From: a virus
Virus record (IMG/VR): IMGVR_UViG_3300025695_000007
Span: 1-64,000 of that record
Reading direction: 5' to 3' (one strand)
DNA: 64,000 nucleotides
Part shown: one piece after another, positions 8,499 to 19,110 of the stretch
Layout: every line of letters starts with the position of its first letter
Position numbering within the stretch: position 1 is the first letter of the stretch
Position numbers and translations under genes: made by a program
Notes under the pieces: generated by a model
Database searches by the model: none
What the model saw: the letters and a program-made list of their open reading frames with translations, nothing else
Told to the model about the DNA's origin: nothing

Positions 8499-9322
8499 CA
8501 GTAGAAGAATTATTAACTAAGAAAGATATACCCTTTCATATGAAGGGAAAGGATCTCTTAGTACGATGCCTCAATCCTGAGCACGATGATTCTAACCCTA
8601 GTATGCGAATAGATCAAGTAACTGGAATATTTAATTGCTTTTCCTGTGCTTACAAGGGTAATCTGTTCTTTCTCTACGGAGAAAAAGTAAATCAACTACA
8701 GCTTCGAAGAGATTTACTAAAACGTAAAATACTGCAGAAACGATCAGAGAGTGTTGGACTTGTAATGCCCAAAGGTGCAGAACCTTACAGCGGGGATTGG
8801 CGGGGTCTCAAACCAGAGACATATATAAAGTTCGAAGCATTTCAACACCATGATCCTGACTACATAGGCCGCATCGTATTTCCAGTACGAGATATTGCAG
8901 GAAACATTGTAGCCTTTAATGGTCGTCATACAGCAAACGGACTACCTAAGTATAAAATTAGTCCTGTAGGAGCAAAGTTACCTTTCTACCCCAAAGTAAA
9001 TTCTAGGGATGGTAAAATAATACTTGTAGAAGGTATTTATGATATGTTAAACTTACATGATAAAGGATTAACAAACGCAGTATGTTCTTTTGGAACAAAG
9101 AATGTAAGTGAAGAAAAACTAGAAATTCTAAAAATGCAGGGAGTCGAAGGAATAGACATATTCTTCGATGGAGATGACGCAGGACAAAAAGCAGCAAAAA
9201 CAATAATTGATATGTGTGAGAAAGTTGGTCTCACTACCAGGAACATCCATTTAGAAGGAACTGACCCTGGTGAACTATCAGAAACTAAAGTAACTACACT
9301 AGCGAGAAAATTATATGCCTAA
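8495..9322 (+). CDS. DNA primase
   Basis: Zn-binding CLNPEHDDSNPS...FNCFSC; TOPRIM LVEGIYD and FDGDDAG. Confidence 0.92.
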   Translation: MTVEELLTKKDIPFHMKGKDLLVRCLNPEHDDSNPSMRIDQVTGIFNCFSCAYKGNLFFLYGEKVNQLQLRRDLLKRKILQKRSESVGLVMPKGAEPYSGDWRGLKPETYIKFEAFQHHDPDYIGRIVFPVRDIAGNIVAFNGRHTANGLPKYKISPVGAKLPFYPKVNSRDGKIILVEGIYDMLNLHDKGLTNAVCSFGTKNVSEEKLEILKMQGVEGIDIFFDGDDAGQKAAKTIIDMCEKVGLTTRNIHLEGTDPGELSETKVTTLARKLYA

Positions 9323-11588
9323 AGTCGCATTAATAGAGACTAAACCTAGCAAGACCAATTTCCGACAAGAGTTTGATGGAGCTTTCGAGTTCGATCAGTT
9401 TCAACTATGTTCAAATCCTACAATTAAGAAAGTTCTCAAGCGAGATTGTGATATCGAAGTAGATATCAATCTTTACGACTGGATTATTCTAGTAGGTAGT
9501 GATGCGCTCAAGTATTTCACTAAAATTAATTCTGTAACTGAATACTCAGGCAAGGTAGTTGAGCAGAAGTTCCTGCCTGTCATTAACCCTGCAATGCTTG
9601 CATTTAAGCCAGAGGCTCGTAAGACTTGGGACGACTCCAAGCAAAGCATCATTGACTTCATCAGTGGAAAGAAAGAAGAAGTGTTAGTAGATGACAGTAT
9701 AGCTTTTGGTATTCAAGATACTGCAACTGCAAATGCGTATATTCAAGCTGCAATCGACTACGATTATACTCACGTAGCACTTGACTCTGAGACTACTGGT
9801 TTGTACCCTCGTGATGGCTATATGCTTGGCTTATCTCTATCTTATGATGGTGTCAAAGGGGCGTATATTGACACTGAGTGCTTTGATGAAACAACAGAGG
9901 CTCTACTACAAGAACTCTTCAACAAGAAGACTGTGATCTTTCACAACGCAAAGTTCGACTTAGCGTTCTTTGAGTATCACTTTAACTTTAACTTTCCAAG
10001 TATAGAAGATACTATGCTTCTTCACTACTTGATTGATGAAAACCCTGGTACTCACGGACTCAAGCAGCTTGCTATGAAGTACACTCCTTATGGAGACTAC
10101 GAGCAGCCTATGTATGACTGGATTGCTGAGTATCGTAGAAGTCATGGCATTCTCAAGGAACAGTTTTCTTGGGACTTGATTCCTTTTGACACTATGAAAA
10201 CTTATGCTGCAATGGACTCTCTCGTTACTTTTCTAGTCTACGAGAAATTCAAGAAGATCAAGGAAAACAAAAAACTTCTTTGGGTATACGAGAACATACT
10301 GATTCCAGGCACTAGGTTTCTTCTTAATGTTCAGGACCATGGCGTTCCTTTTGATCGTCAGCGTCTTCTAATAGCTCAAGAGCTTATGCAGTCTGATATT
10401 GATGAGGCAGTCAAAACTCTATACAAAAATCCAGCTATTGCTAGATTCGAGGAAATTAATGCAAAACCTTTTAATCCTAACAGTACTGTTCAACTGCGTA
10501 GTCTCTTGTTTGATTTTCTTGGCTTGTCTCCAACAGGAAAGAAAACTGGCACAGGTGCAAACTCGACTGATGCAGAAGTCTTACAAGAACTCTCAGAAAA
10601 GTCGGAAGTACCTGGATTGATTCTTGATATTCGTCAGAAGTCTAAAATCAAGAATACATACCTTGACAAGATTATTCCACAGCTTGACAAAGATAGTCAT
10701 TTGCGTACTGGTTTCAATCTTCACGGCACTACTTCTGGACGTCTAAGTTCTAGCGGTAAGCTCAACATGCAACAACTGCCTCGTGATAATCCAATTGTCA
10801 AGGGCTGTATCAAAGCAAGGCCAGGACATAAAATTGTTGCAATGGACTTAACAACAGCCGAGGTTTATGTTGCAGCAGTTCTAGCAGACGACAAAGCTCT
10901 TATGGATGTTTTCCGCTCAGGCGGTAATTTTCATAGTACAATCGCTAAAACAGTTTTCAAGCTGTCTTGTGATGTAGAAGATGTTGCAACTTTGCACTCT
11001 GTAGAACGTCAAGCTGCTAAGGCTGTAACTTTCGGTATTATGTACGGTGCTGGAGCTAGAAAGATTAGTCAAGAAGTTACAAAGAGTTCTGGTACTTTCT
11101 TTAGCCCTACAGAAGCTCAAGAAGTTATTGACGACTACTTCAAGACTTTCCACAAGCTAAAAGCTTGGATCAAAAACAATGAAAAATATATTGAGCAAAA
11201 TGGCTTTATATATAGTTTCTTTGGTAGAAAGCGCAGACTGCCTAATGTGGCATCAACTGATAAAGGTATTAAAAGCCATACAATCAGGTCGGGTCTAAAC
11301 TTTCTAGTACAGTCTGCCGCCTCTGACATTAACTTGCTCGGTGGTATAGATATGGAATCGTTTATACGTGCAAATGGTATGAAGTCTCAAATCTTTGCAC
11401 TCGTACATGACTCCATTTTGGCAGAAGTCCCAGAAGATGAAATCGATCTTTACCAAGAGAAGCTACAGCATTTTATACAGATGGATAGAGGTATTACTAT
11501 CTCTGGTGCTCCTGTAGGCTGTGACTTTGAGGTAGGGGAAGACTACTCAATGGGTAAGTTCACAAATAAGTACGGCGAGTATTTGTGA
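9315..11588 (+). CDS. Family A DNA polymerase with 3'-5' exonuclease (T5-type)
   Basis: ExoI DSETTG, FHNAKFD, YAAMD; TTSGRLSSS, motif A MDLTTAE, motif B RQAAKAVTFGIMYG, motif C LVHDS. Confidence 0.95.
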   Translation: MPKVALIETKPSKTNFRQEFDGAFEFDQFQLCSNPTIKKVLKRDCDIEVDINLYDWIILVGSDALKYFTKINSVTEYSGKVVEQKFLPVINPAMLAFKPEARKTWDDSKQSIIDFISGKKEEVLVDDSIAFGIQDTATANAYIQAAIDYDYTHVALDSETTGLYPRDGYMLGLSLSYDGVKGAYIDTECFDETTEALLQELFNKKTVIFHNAKFDLAFFEYHFNFNFPSIEDTMLLHYLIDENPGTHGLKQLAMKYTPYGDYEQPMYDWIAEYRRSHGILKEQFSWDLIPFDTMKTYAAMDSLVTFLVYEKFKKIKENKKLLWVYENILIPGTRFLLNVQDHGVPFDRQRLLIAQELMQSDIDEAVKTLYKNPAIARFEEINAKPFNPNSTVQLRSLLFDFLGLSPTGKKTGTGANSTDAEVLQELSEKSEVPGLILDIRQKSKIKNTYLDKIIPQLDKDSHLRTGFNLHGTTSGRLSSSGKLNMQQLPRDNPIVKGCIKARPGHKIVAMDLTTAEVYVAAVLADDKALMDVFRSGGNFHSTIAKTVFKLSCDVEDVATLHSVERQAAKAVTFGIMYGAGARKISQEVTKSSGTFFSPTEAQEVIDDYFKTFHKLKAWIKNNEKYIEQNGFIYSFFGRKRRLPNVASTDKGIKSHTIRSGLNFLVQSAASDINLLGGIDMESFIRANGMKSQIFALVHDSILAEVPEDEIDLYQEKLQHFIQMDRGITISGAPVGCDFEVGEDYSMGKFTNKYGEYL

Positions 11589-12076
11589 TAATCACCTACA
11601 AAACTATTAAAAAGATTGAGTTTCCTGTCTTTGTTCTTCCTAGTGATAACTGGAGCTTACAAGACGGGCTGCTCTTTCTTGACAACGAAATAATAGATGA
11701 TAAAAATATGCCTGGAAAGACTCTTGGTATCAGAAGACTGCAAAGTCCTTTTGAGATGAAATCATTGAATAAATCAATTAGTAGCTTTGTAGGTATTTTA
11801 AAGCAGTCGAAGAATGCTTTTATCGATTCAAACGGTGTTCCATTTATATACCACAAAACGGAAAGGTGTTCTTTAAAATATCAAAAAATAACGAAGATAG
11901 TACGCAGGGACGTAGCTAGTTTAGTCTATATAAAAGGTTGCAACTCACCTTTTACAGTCCCTCGACCTCCTTTGCCTCAAATGACTTGGGCGGGGATATT
12001 ACATCTTCACGGGCTTCCTTGGGAGCTATACGAGTATTCTGAAGAATTTAAAAAGAATACTTGGAGAAAAATATAA
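11585..12076 (+). CDS. Conserved T5-like hypothetical protein after the polymerase
   Basis: GTG start overlapping the pol stop; DDKNMPGKTLGIRRL; T5 synteny. Confidence 0.7.
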   Translation: MIITYKTIKKIEFPVFVLPSDNWSLQDGLLFLDNEIIDDKNMPGKTLGIRRLQSPFEMKSLNKSISSFVGILKQSKNAFIDSNGVPFIYHKTERCSLKYQKITKIVRRDVASLVYIKGCNSPFTVPRPPLPQMTWAGILHLHGLPWELYEYSEEFKKNTWRKI

Positions 12077-12736
12077 ATGGCAAAAAGAAACAGACTACTA
12101 GCAGCAGCAAACTTACAATTAGCAGAAATTGAACCTCTTACAAAGAATCAGTTAAAAGCTTTTGAATCTGATAAGCATCTCGTACTACATGGAGTTGCAG
12201 GAACAGGAAAAACATTTATATCATCTTATCTCGCATTTGATGATATACTAAAAAATGAATTTTCTAGTTTAGTTATTATTCGTAGCGCAGTACCCACCAG
12301 AGACATTGGATTTCTGCCTGGCAATGAAAAAGAAAAATCTTCAGTATACGAAGACCCCTATAAAGATATATGTATAGAACTTTTTCAGCGAGGAGATGCT
12401 TACGAAATACTAAAACAAAAAGGATTGGTTCATTTCATGACAACCTCTTTTATACGAGGAGTCACGTTAAGAGATGCAGTAGTTTTAATAGACGAGTGTC
12501 AAAATATGTCTTTTCATGAACTAGACTCTATCATCACTCGAATGGGTGAAAACTGTAGAGTTATGTTCTGTGGAGACTTTAGACAAGCAGACCTGCCCAA
12601 TAACGGGCTAAGTGAGTTTATTCGCATACTAAAAGCAATGGACGAGTTTACTCTAATAGACTTTGAAGCTGCTGATATTGTACGAAGCGGCTTCGTAAAG
12701 AAATACATTATCGCAAAATCAGACTTGGGCTTATGA
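12077..12736 (+). CDS. phoH: PhoH-like ATPase
   Basis: GVAGTGKT, IGFLPG, FIRGVTL, DECQN, GDFRQAD, DIVRSG. Confidence 0.95.
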   Translation: MAKRNRLLAAANLQLAEIEPLTKNQLKAFESDKHLVLHGVAGTGKTFISSYLAFDDILKNEFSSLVIIRSAVPTRDIGFLPGNEKEKSSVYEDPYKDICIELFQRGDAYEILKQKGLVHFMTTSFIRGVTLRDAVVLIDECQNMSFHELDSIITRMGENCRVMFCGDFRQADLPNNGLSEFIRILKAMDEFTLIDFEAADIVRSGFVKKYIIAKSDLGL

Positions 12737-14016
12737 AAGCAGTATTAAGTAACAGAATATTTATGGACTGTACTCCAGAGTTGCAGGAGTCCATAGATAA
12801 AGAATTAACCTATAAAATACCTTCGTGGAGTCCTGAAGAGCCTCCACAAGTTATTAAAAATATGGGTATAATTCGAAAAGGTCTTATCACTATTCCTATT
12901 GGAAGAACTGATTTGATCCCAAGCGGATATGAGATAGTTGACAAGCGTCTGGAGATAGCTGCTGACTTTCCTAAGTTTAAATTTGAGCTTCGAGAGAGTC
13001 AGCAAGCTGTTTACGATGAAATACAAGATAATGCTATTATCAATGCTTGGGTTAGCTGGGGCAAAACCTTTACGGGGTTAGCCATAGCAGGAAAACTTGG
13101 GCTAAAAACACTAATTGTAGTTCATACTGTTCCACTACGAAACCAATGGGCAAAAGAAGTAAAGAAAGTCTACGGATTCGAACCCGGCATCATTGGTAGT
13201 GGAAAATTCGAACTAGATAAACCTATAGTTATAGGAAATACCCAAACACTGTACCGCAATATAGATAAGATTCGCAAGGAATTTGGGACAATCATCTTAG
13301 ATGAGATGCACCACGTAAGCAGCCCAACGTTTTCCAGAATTTTGGACATAAGCCATGCTAGGTATAAGATTGGATTGTCAGGGACCATAGAAAGAAAGGA
13401 CGGTAAACACGTAGTTTTTCGCGATTACTTTAGCTCTAAGGTATTTAAGCCGCCAAAAGAAAATTTCATGACTCCTACAGTGCATATTGTAAAGTCAGAC
13501 ATACGATTCTTAGACGGTGCAAGAACTCCTTGGGCTAACAGAGTCACCCATCTTGCTAACAATGAAGAATACAGACACACTGTAGCAATGTTAGCCGCTG
13601 CTTACGCTCAACGAGGCCATAAAGTCTTGGTAGTAAGTGATAGGGTGGGCTTTTTACGAAGCTGCGCCGAACTAACAGGAGAAAAAGCAGTTTGTGTTAC
13701 GGGTGAGGTAGCGCATGAGGACAGAGAAACGCTAGTGGACGGAATTTTGTATGGAGATAAGAATGTACTGTACGGAACTCAAGCAATTTTCTCCGAAGGG
13801 ATATCAGTGAATACTTTAAGCTGTTTAATTTTAGGTACTCCAATCAATAATGAGCCTTTACTAACTCAGTTGATAGGAAGGGTAATAAGACTACAGGAAG
13901 GTAAGATGTCTCCCGTAGTTGTAGATATCCATCTGAAAGGCAACACTGCTAATAGACAGGCTTCAAATAGAGTAGGCTATTATATGAAGCAAGGCTATAA
14001 GATTACACAGATATAA
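12733..14016 (+). CDS. D10: SF2 helicase (T5 D10-like)
   Basis: WGKT, DEMHH, LSGT, SEGIS, QLIGRVIR. Confidence 0.9.
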   Translation: MKAVLSNRIFMDCTPELQESIDKELTYKIPSWSPEEPPQVIKNMGIIRKGLITIPIGRTDLIPSGYEIVDKRLEIAADFPKFKFELRESQQAVYDEIQDNAIINAWVSWGKTFTGLAIAGKLGLKTLIVVHTVPLRNQWAKEVKKVYGFEPGIIGSGKFELDKPIVIGNTQTLYRNIDKIRKEFGTIILDEMHHVSSPTFSRILDISHARYKIGLSGTIERKDGKHVVFRDYFSSKVFKPPKENFMTPTVHIVKSDIRFLDGARTPWANRVTHLANNEEYRHTVAMLAAAYAQRGHKVLVVSDRVGFLRSCAELTGEKAVCVTGEVAHEDRETLVDGILYGDKNVLYGTQAIFSEGISVNTLSCLILGTPINNEPLLTQLIGRVIRLQEGKMSPVVVDIHLKGNTANRQASNRVGYYMKQGYKITQI

Positions 14017-14026
14017 AAAATAGTTC

Positions 14027-14055
14027 TTGACAAAAAGGTTAAATTTTAGTATAAT
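14027..14055 (+). promoter_or_regulatory. Sigma70-type promoter
   Basis: AAAAAATAGTTC-TTGACA-17nt-TATAAT. Confidence 0.8.
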
Positions 14056-14058
14056 ATC

Positions 14059-14466
14059 ATGTTTTTATATAATTGGAAAAAAATATATGATGCGGCAGGT
14101 GGTAGAACTACCGAAACAGTCCGCATATTCGAGATGCTAGTAAAAAGCAAGATTCCAAATAATAGATACGACAAGATTTACAAGTATCGTAATACAGACT
14201 TTAGTGGGAGAAGTTTTTTAGTGCACGAAGATGTGTTATTATTTAACTCCTTTCGCTACAGCCACCGTGAAATCGCGGTATACCTTTCGATAGCTAGCTT
14301 ACGCAAATTACCGCATTGGATAGCTACGAAAGACACAACCCTAGACTTGCTTCATGTACCTGATGAAGATGTAGTCCTTGAATCAATTTATGAAAGTAGA
14401 CTACTTTATGTAGAAAATAGAAAAGTACATTTTTTATATGAAGAAGCCCCAATGGAGAAACACTAA
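14059..14466 (+). CDS. Hypothetical protein between D10 and D11
   Basis: Fills the gap between D10 and D11; T5-like synteny; no SD. Confidence 0.65.
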   Translation: MFLYNWKKIYDAAGGRTTETVRIFEMLVKSKIPNNRYDKIYKYRNTDFSGRSFLVHEDVLLFNSFRYSHREIAVYLSIASLRKLPHWIATKDTTLDLLHVPDEDVVLESIYESRLLYVENRKVHFLYEEAPMEKH

Positions 14467-14468
14467 AA

Positions 14469-15101
14469 ATGGCAATATCATTTAATCAGCAAAAAGGTTC
14501 AGCACAAAAATCATCAATCGAAACTTTCTCTTTCCGAGATGGCGACAACAAGATGCGTCTTGTAGGAGACGTACTGGCTCGCTATGTCTATTGGATAGAA
14601 GGTGAAAATGGCAAAAACATTCCTTTAGAGTGCTTGTCTTTTGACCGTAACAACGAGCGATTCACTAATCTTGAGAAAGATTGGGTTCGTGAGTACTATC
14701 CTGACCTCAAGTGTGGCTGGAGCTACGCTATGCAGTGCATCGATCCTGCTGATGGAAAAGTCAAAGTAGTAAACCTAAAGAAGAAGCTGTGGGAGCAAAT
14801 TATTACTGCTGCAGAAGACTTGGGCGATCCTACAGATAAAGAGACTGGCTGGGACGTATGTTTCAAGCGAGTTAAAACAGGGCCTCTGCCATACAACGTA
14901 GAGTACCAATTGCAAGTACTAAAGTGCAAGCCTCGTCCACTAGATGAAAGCGAAGTGGCTTCTATTGCCGACCTCAAATCAATGGATGAAGTAATGCCTC
15001 GTCCAACTCCAGATGCGCAGAAAGAGCTTCTTGACCGTGTACGTGCTCCATCTCAGGAGCAAATGGATGAGTCCCTCGAAGAAGAGTTTAATATTGGATG
15101 A
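14469..15101 (+). CDS. D11: ssDNA-binding protein (T5 D11-like)
   Basis: RLVGDVLARYVYW, LKKKLWEQI, GDPTD, FKRVKTGP; acidic C-terminal tail. Confidence 0.85.
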   Translation: MAISFNQQKGSAQKSSIETFSFRDGDNKMRLVGDVLARYVYWIEGENGKNIPLECLSFDRNNERFTNLEKDWVREYYPDLKCGWSYAMQCIDPADGKVKVVNLKKKLWEQIITAAEDLGDPTDKETGWDVCFKRVKTGPLPYNVEYQLQVLKCKPRPLDESEVASIADLKSMDEVMPRPTPDAQKELLDRVRAPSQEQMDESLEEEFNIG

Positions 15102-16057
15102 TCCTATTCACCGCAGATTGGCATATTAAACTAGGTCAAAAGAATGTGCCTGTACAGTGGGCATTGAATAGATATGATTTATTCTTTAAGCAAATTAGAG
15201 AGATAGAATCAGAGTGTTCAATGCACATTATAGGCGGAGACCTTTTCGACCGATTGCCTACTATGGAAGAATTAGAACTGTACTTCTCGTTTATCCGAGG
15301 AGTACAGATTCCAACAATAATATATGATGGCAATCATGAAGCTACAAAGAAAAGTAAAACTTTCTTTAGTCAGTTAAAGCAAGTTACTAGAGATATCAAT
15401 CCTCTAGTAACAATTCTGGATATATCGTATATTGATGATGGTTTAGGCTTTGGCATACTTCCTTATACAGAACTACATAAGAAAGGTGCTATAGAACATT
15501 TTAACAAGAATAAGCCTTTATTTACTCATGTTCGAGGAGAGATTCCTCCTCATGTAAAGCCAGAAATTGATCTCGATGATCTATCAGAGTTCCCAGTGGT
15601 ATTTGCAGGTGATCTACACTCTCACTCAAATACTCAAAGAAATATTGTGTACCCAGGTAGTCCTATGACAACTTCTTTTCATAGAAGTAAAGTCTCAACG
15701 GGGTATCTACTAATTGACGAAAATTCTTGGAGTTGGATGTGGGAAGAGTTTAAACTTCCTCAACTAATTCGTAAAACAGTAACCTCTACAGAAGATATGG
15801 TTGAGACAGACTACGACCACACTATCTATGAAATAGAGGGCGATATACAAGAATTAGCCGCAATTAAAAACTCAGACTTACTCGACAAGAAGGTAGTAAA
15901 ACGAAACACTGAAGCAACTCTTATAATAGAAAAAGATATGACTATTGAAGAAGAGCTGTCAGAGTATCTAAACTACATATTGGGAATAAGTGAAGAAAAA
16001 ATTACTGGAATACTAGGCACATTTAATGATTACTCTCAAACAGCTCAAATGGAATAA
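15098..16057 (+). CDS. D12: Mre11/SbcD-like nuclease (T5 D12)
   Basis: ADWH, GGDLFD, GNHE, GDLH, YPGSP metallophosphoesterase motifs. Confidence 0.92.
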   Translation: MILFTADWHIKLGQKNVPVQWALNRYDLFFKQIREIESECSMHIIGGDLFDRLPTMEELELYFSFIRGVQIPTIIYDGNHEATKKSKTFFSQLKQVTRDINPLVTILDISYIDDGLGFGILPYTELHKKGAIEHFNKNKPLFTHVRGEIPPHVKPEIDLDDLSEFPVVFAGDLHSHSNTQRNIVYPGSPMTTSFHRSKVSTGYLLIDENSWSWMWEEFKLPQLIRKTVTSTEDMVETDYDHTIYEIEGDIQELAAIKNSDLLDKKVVKRNTEATLIIEKDMTIEEELSEYLNYILGISEEKITGILGTFNDYSQTAQME

Positions 16058-17828
16058 CTGCTTCAGCTATGGAGCAGATAACGAGATAAACTTAAATGAC
16101 AGTACTCTTACTCAAATAATTGGTACAAACGGAATGGGCAAGTCGTCCATTCCGTTAATTATTGAGGAAGCTCTATACAATAAAAACTCGAAAGGAATCA
16201 AAAAAGCAGATATACCTAATCGTTATGTAAACAATGGGTACGATATCTACTTATCTTTTGAAAAAGAAGATTCACTATACGAGATAACTATTAATAGAAA
16301 GGTCAACGTAAAAGTAAAGCTAGAAGAGAATGGTGTAGATATCTCTAGTCACACAGCTACAAATACCTATAAAACTATTCAAGAAATTCTAGGTATCGAC
16401 TTTAAGACATTCAGTCAATTAGTTTATCAAAACACCAATAGTAGTTTACAATTCTTAACAGCAACAGATACCAATCGTAAAAAGTTTCTTATTGACTTAT
16501 TGCACTTGGAAGAATATGTTAAGCTGTTCGAAGTTTTTAAGGAGGCTGCAAAAACTAGCGCAACCAATTTAACAGCCATAGAATCAAAAATAACTACTAT
16601 TGAGAAGTGGCTTTCCGAAAATAAATTGAGCGATACATCCATACTTCCACTACTTGATGTTCAAATCGAGACGGAAGAAGATGAGAAAGAATTACGTTCT
16701 CTTACGATAGAACTTCAAAATATTTCGGAAAAGAATAAGAAAATTTCAGAAAATAATAAATTTATAGAAATACTGAGTAGTATCAATATAGATGAAGCGA
16801 ATAAAATTAGCGCAACTGAAATTATATCTTATGATGCATTACAATCAGAAGCAGGAAGCCTGAAAGGAACTATAACAAGTTCTAAGGCTGCTTTAAGTAA
16901 ATTGGAAGCATTAGGGCATAATTGTCCTACTTGTGAACAATCTATAGATGCTGAATTCAAGCAAGGATTAATTGATCTTGAAACGGCAAGGGCGAAGGAA
17001 GCCGCAGAGAAATTAACAAATGAAATTAACCCAGAAATTGACAGAATTAAAGCTAACAATTCAGACTATGAATATAAAAACCGTATTCAGCAAGATTGGG
17101 AGAGGGTTTATAAATCTATTGACCGCAATCTTCCGACGACTCAAATGGATCGGGAAGAGCTTGATAGAAGCATTCGGGGAATTCAAGGCAGAATACAGGA
17201 TGCAAAAAACAAACTGGCAGATATCTCAGCTGAGAATGAAAGACGCACAAGACGAAACACCCGAATCCAAGTAATAGAAGAGCAGACTCAAGAGTTTGTA
17301 GATCAACTTACTGAAGCACAAGCATTATTAGATGCAGAGATGAGTTTAAACTCTAACTTAGAAATACTCAAAAAAGCTTTTAGTACTAATGGTCTGCTAG
17401 CTTATAAGATAGAAAATCTAGTAAAAGAGCTAGAAGAGTTGGTAAATTCCTACTTGGGAGAGTTGTCTGACGGAAGATTTACTTTAGAGTTTGTAGTTTC
17501 AAATGATAAATTAAATGTACAAGTTACAGACAATGGGAATATTATTGACATTCTAGCTCTGTCTAGTGGCGAGCTTGCAAGAGTTAATACTGCGACTCTT
17601 ATAGCTATTCGTAAGCTAATGAGTAGTATATCAAGGTCTAAACTAAATATACTATTCTTAGATGAAGTAATCAATGTACTCGATGATTCAGGCAGAGAAA
17701 AACTAGTAGAAGTATTACTAGGAGAGGAAGAACTAAATACTTACGTAGTAAGTCATGGCTGGACTCACCCTCTACTTGAAAAAATAGAGATTGCAAAGAA
17801 AGGCAGTATAAGTGTCTTAGAAAAATAA
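16026..17828 (+). CDS. D13: Rad50/SbcC-like ATPase (T5 D13)
   Basis: GTNGMGKS, coiled coils with CPTC zinc hook, LSSGE signature, LFLDE. Confidence 0.93.
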   Translation: MITLKQLKWNNCFSYGADNEINLNDSTLTQIIGTNGMGKSSIPLIIEEALYNKNSKGIKKADIPNRYVNNGYDIYLSFEKEDSLYEITINRKVNVKVKLEENGVDISSHTATNTYKTIQEILGIDFKTFSQLVYQNTNSSLQFLTATDTNRKKFLIDLLHLEEYVKLFEVFKEAAKTSATNLTAIESKITTIEKWLSENKLSDTSILPLLDVQIETEEDEKELRSLTIELQNISEKNKKISENNKFIEILSSINIDEANKISATEIISYDALQSEAGSLKGTITSSKAALSKLEALGHNCPTCEQSIDAEFKQGLIDLETARAKEAAEKLTNEINPEIDRIKANNSDYEYKNRIQQDWERVYKSIDRNLPTTQMDREELDRSIRGIQGRIQDAKNKLADISAENERRTRRNTRIQVIEEQTQEFVDQLTEAQALLDAEMSLNSNLEILKKAFSTNGLLAYKIENLVKELEELVNSYLGELSDGRFTLEFVVSNDKLNVQVTDNGNIIDILALSSGELARVNTATLIAIRKLMSSISRSKLNILFLDEVINVLDDSGREKLVEVLLGEEELNTYVVSHGWTHPLLEKIEIAKKGSISVLEK

Positions 17829-17829
17829 T

Positions 17830-18276
17830 ATGGTTGATAGCAGAGCAAAAGGCGCTCGCGGAGAGTATCTAGTAAGAGATATGCTTCGCGAGTACACAGG
17901 CCTTAAATTCGAGAGAGTGCCAGCTTCTGGCGCTCTTGAATACTTAAAAGGGGATCTTTATGTTCCCAATGAAAGGAATCACTTTTGCATAGAAGTAAAA
18001 AACTATTCAGAGTCTCCACTTAATGATAAAATGTTTACTGCGGAAAAAACAAATAATTTAATTCGTTGGTGGACAAAAGTAGTTCTTCAAGCGGAGAATG
18101 GCGGACAAGAACCAATGTTGTTTTTTAAATATAATCGATCTAAAGTGTTTGTGGTTACTCGGGAAAAACCGAAGCAATGCCTCAAATATTTCTTTATTTC
18201 TTGGCTAAATTGTTATATAATGGTAGCTGAAGATTGGTTAGAGACAGAAGAAATAAATTTTATAGGAACACTCTAG
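17830..18276 (+). CDS. D14: Endonuclease / Holliday-junction resolvase-like (T5 D14)
   Basis: SRAKGARGE...GDL...IEVKNY PD-(D/E)xK motif. Confidence 0.85.
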   Translation: MVDSRAKGARGEYLVRDMLREYTGLKFERVPASGALEYLKGDLYVPNERNHFCIEVKNYSESPLNDKMFTAEKTNNLIRWWTKVVLQAENGGQEPMLFFKYNRSKVFVVTREKPKQCLKYFFISWLNCYIMVAEDWLETEEINFIGTL

Positions 18277-19110
18277 ATGGCATTTAATTTTTCCGACAAA
18301 ATAACAGGCTCAGGCAGAAACGCTACACTAATAGTAGACGCCTTAAACTTAGCTTTTCGATGGAAGCATCAAGGACGTACAGACTTTTGCGATGATTATG
18401 TAAGAACTGTAGAGTCCTTAGCCAGGTCTTATGACTGTAGTAATGTAATTATTACTTCAGATCAAGGGTCTTCCTCGTATCGTAGAGAGATTTCTCCTGA
18501 ATACAAGCAAAATCGAAAAGATAAGTATGCCGAACAAAGCGAAGAAGAAAAGCAAGCATTTGCAGACTTCTTCGAAGAGTTCGAAAATACTTTAGAGGTT
18601 CTAGCAGATATGTTCCCTGTGTTACGATATCAAGGCGTAGAAGCCGATGACATAGCTGCACATCTAGTAAAGAACCGAAAAAGATATGGTCTTGGAGATA
18701 TATGGTTAATCTCTAGTGACCGAGACTGGGACTTATTGATAGATGATAAAGTAGCCAGGTTTTCTTATGTAACACGAAAAGAAGTCACAGTAGATAATTG
18801 GGAGGAGCACTATGACGTTACTAGAGATGAATATATCTCTCTTAAGTGCTTGACCGGTGATAAAGGCGATAATGTTGCAGGAATACCTGGCATCGGCCCA
18901 AAGCGTGCTTTAGACTTAATTCGTGAGTACGGAGACGCTATGGATATTTACAACAGCTTGCCTATAAACAGTAAGTATAAACATATACAAGCATTGAATG
19001 ATAGTGGTGAACAATTACTTACTAATTATCAATTAATGGACTTAGTAACATATTGCGATGATGCGATAGGATCTGATAATATAGCAGATATACTACGGAA
19101 ATTTGATTAA
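18277..19110 (+). CDS. D15: 5'-3' flap endonuclease (T5 D15)
   Basis: IVDALNLAFRW, YKQNR, GVEADD, SSDRDW, GDKGDNVAGIPGIGPKRA. Confidence 0.95.
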   Translation: MAFNFSDKITGSGRNATLIVDALNLAFRWKHQGRTDFCDDYVRTVESLARSYDCSNVIITSDQGSSSYRREISPEYKQNRKDKYAEQSEEEKQAFADFFEEFENTLEVLADMFPVLRYQGVEADDIAAHLVKNRKRYGLGDIWLISSDRDWDLLIDDKVARFSYVTRKEVTVDNWEEHYDVTRDEYISLKCLTGDKGDNVAGIPGIGPKRALDLIREYGDAMDIYNSLPINSKYKHIQALNDSGEQLLTNYQLMDLVTYCDDAIGSDNIADILRKFD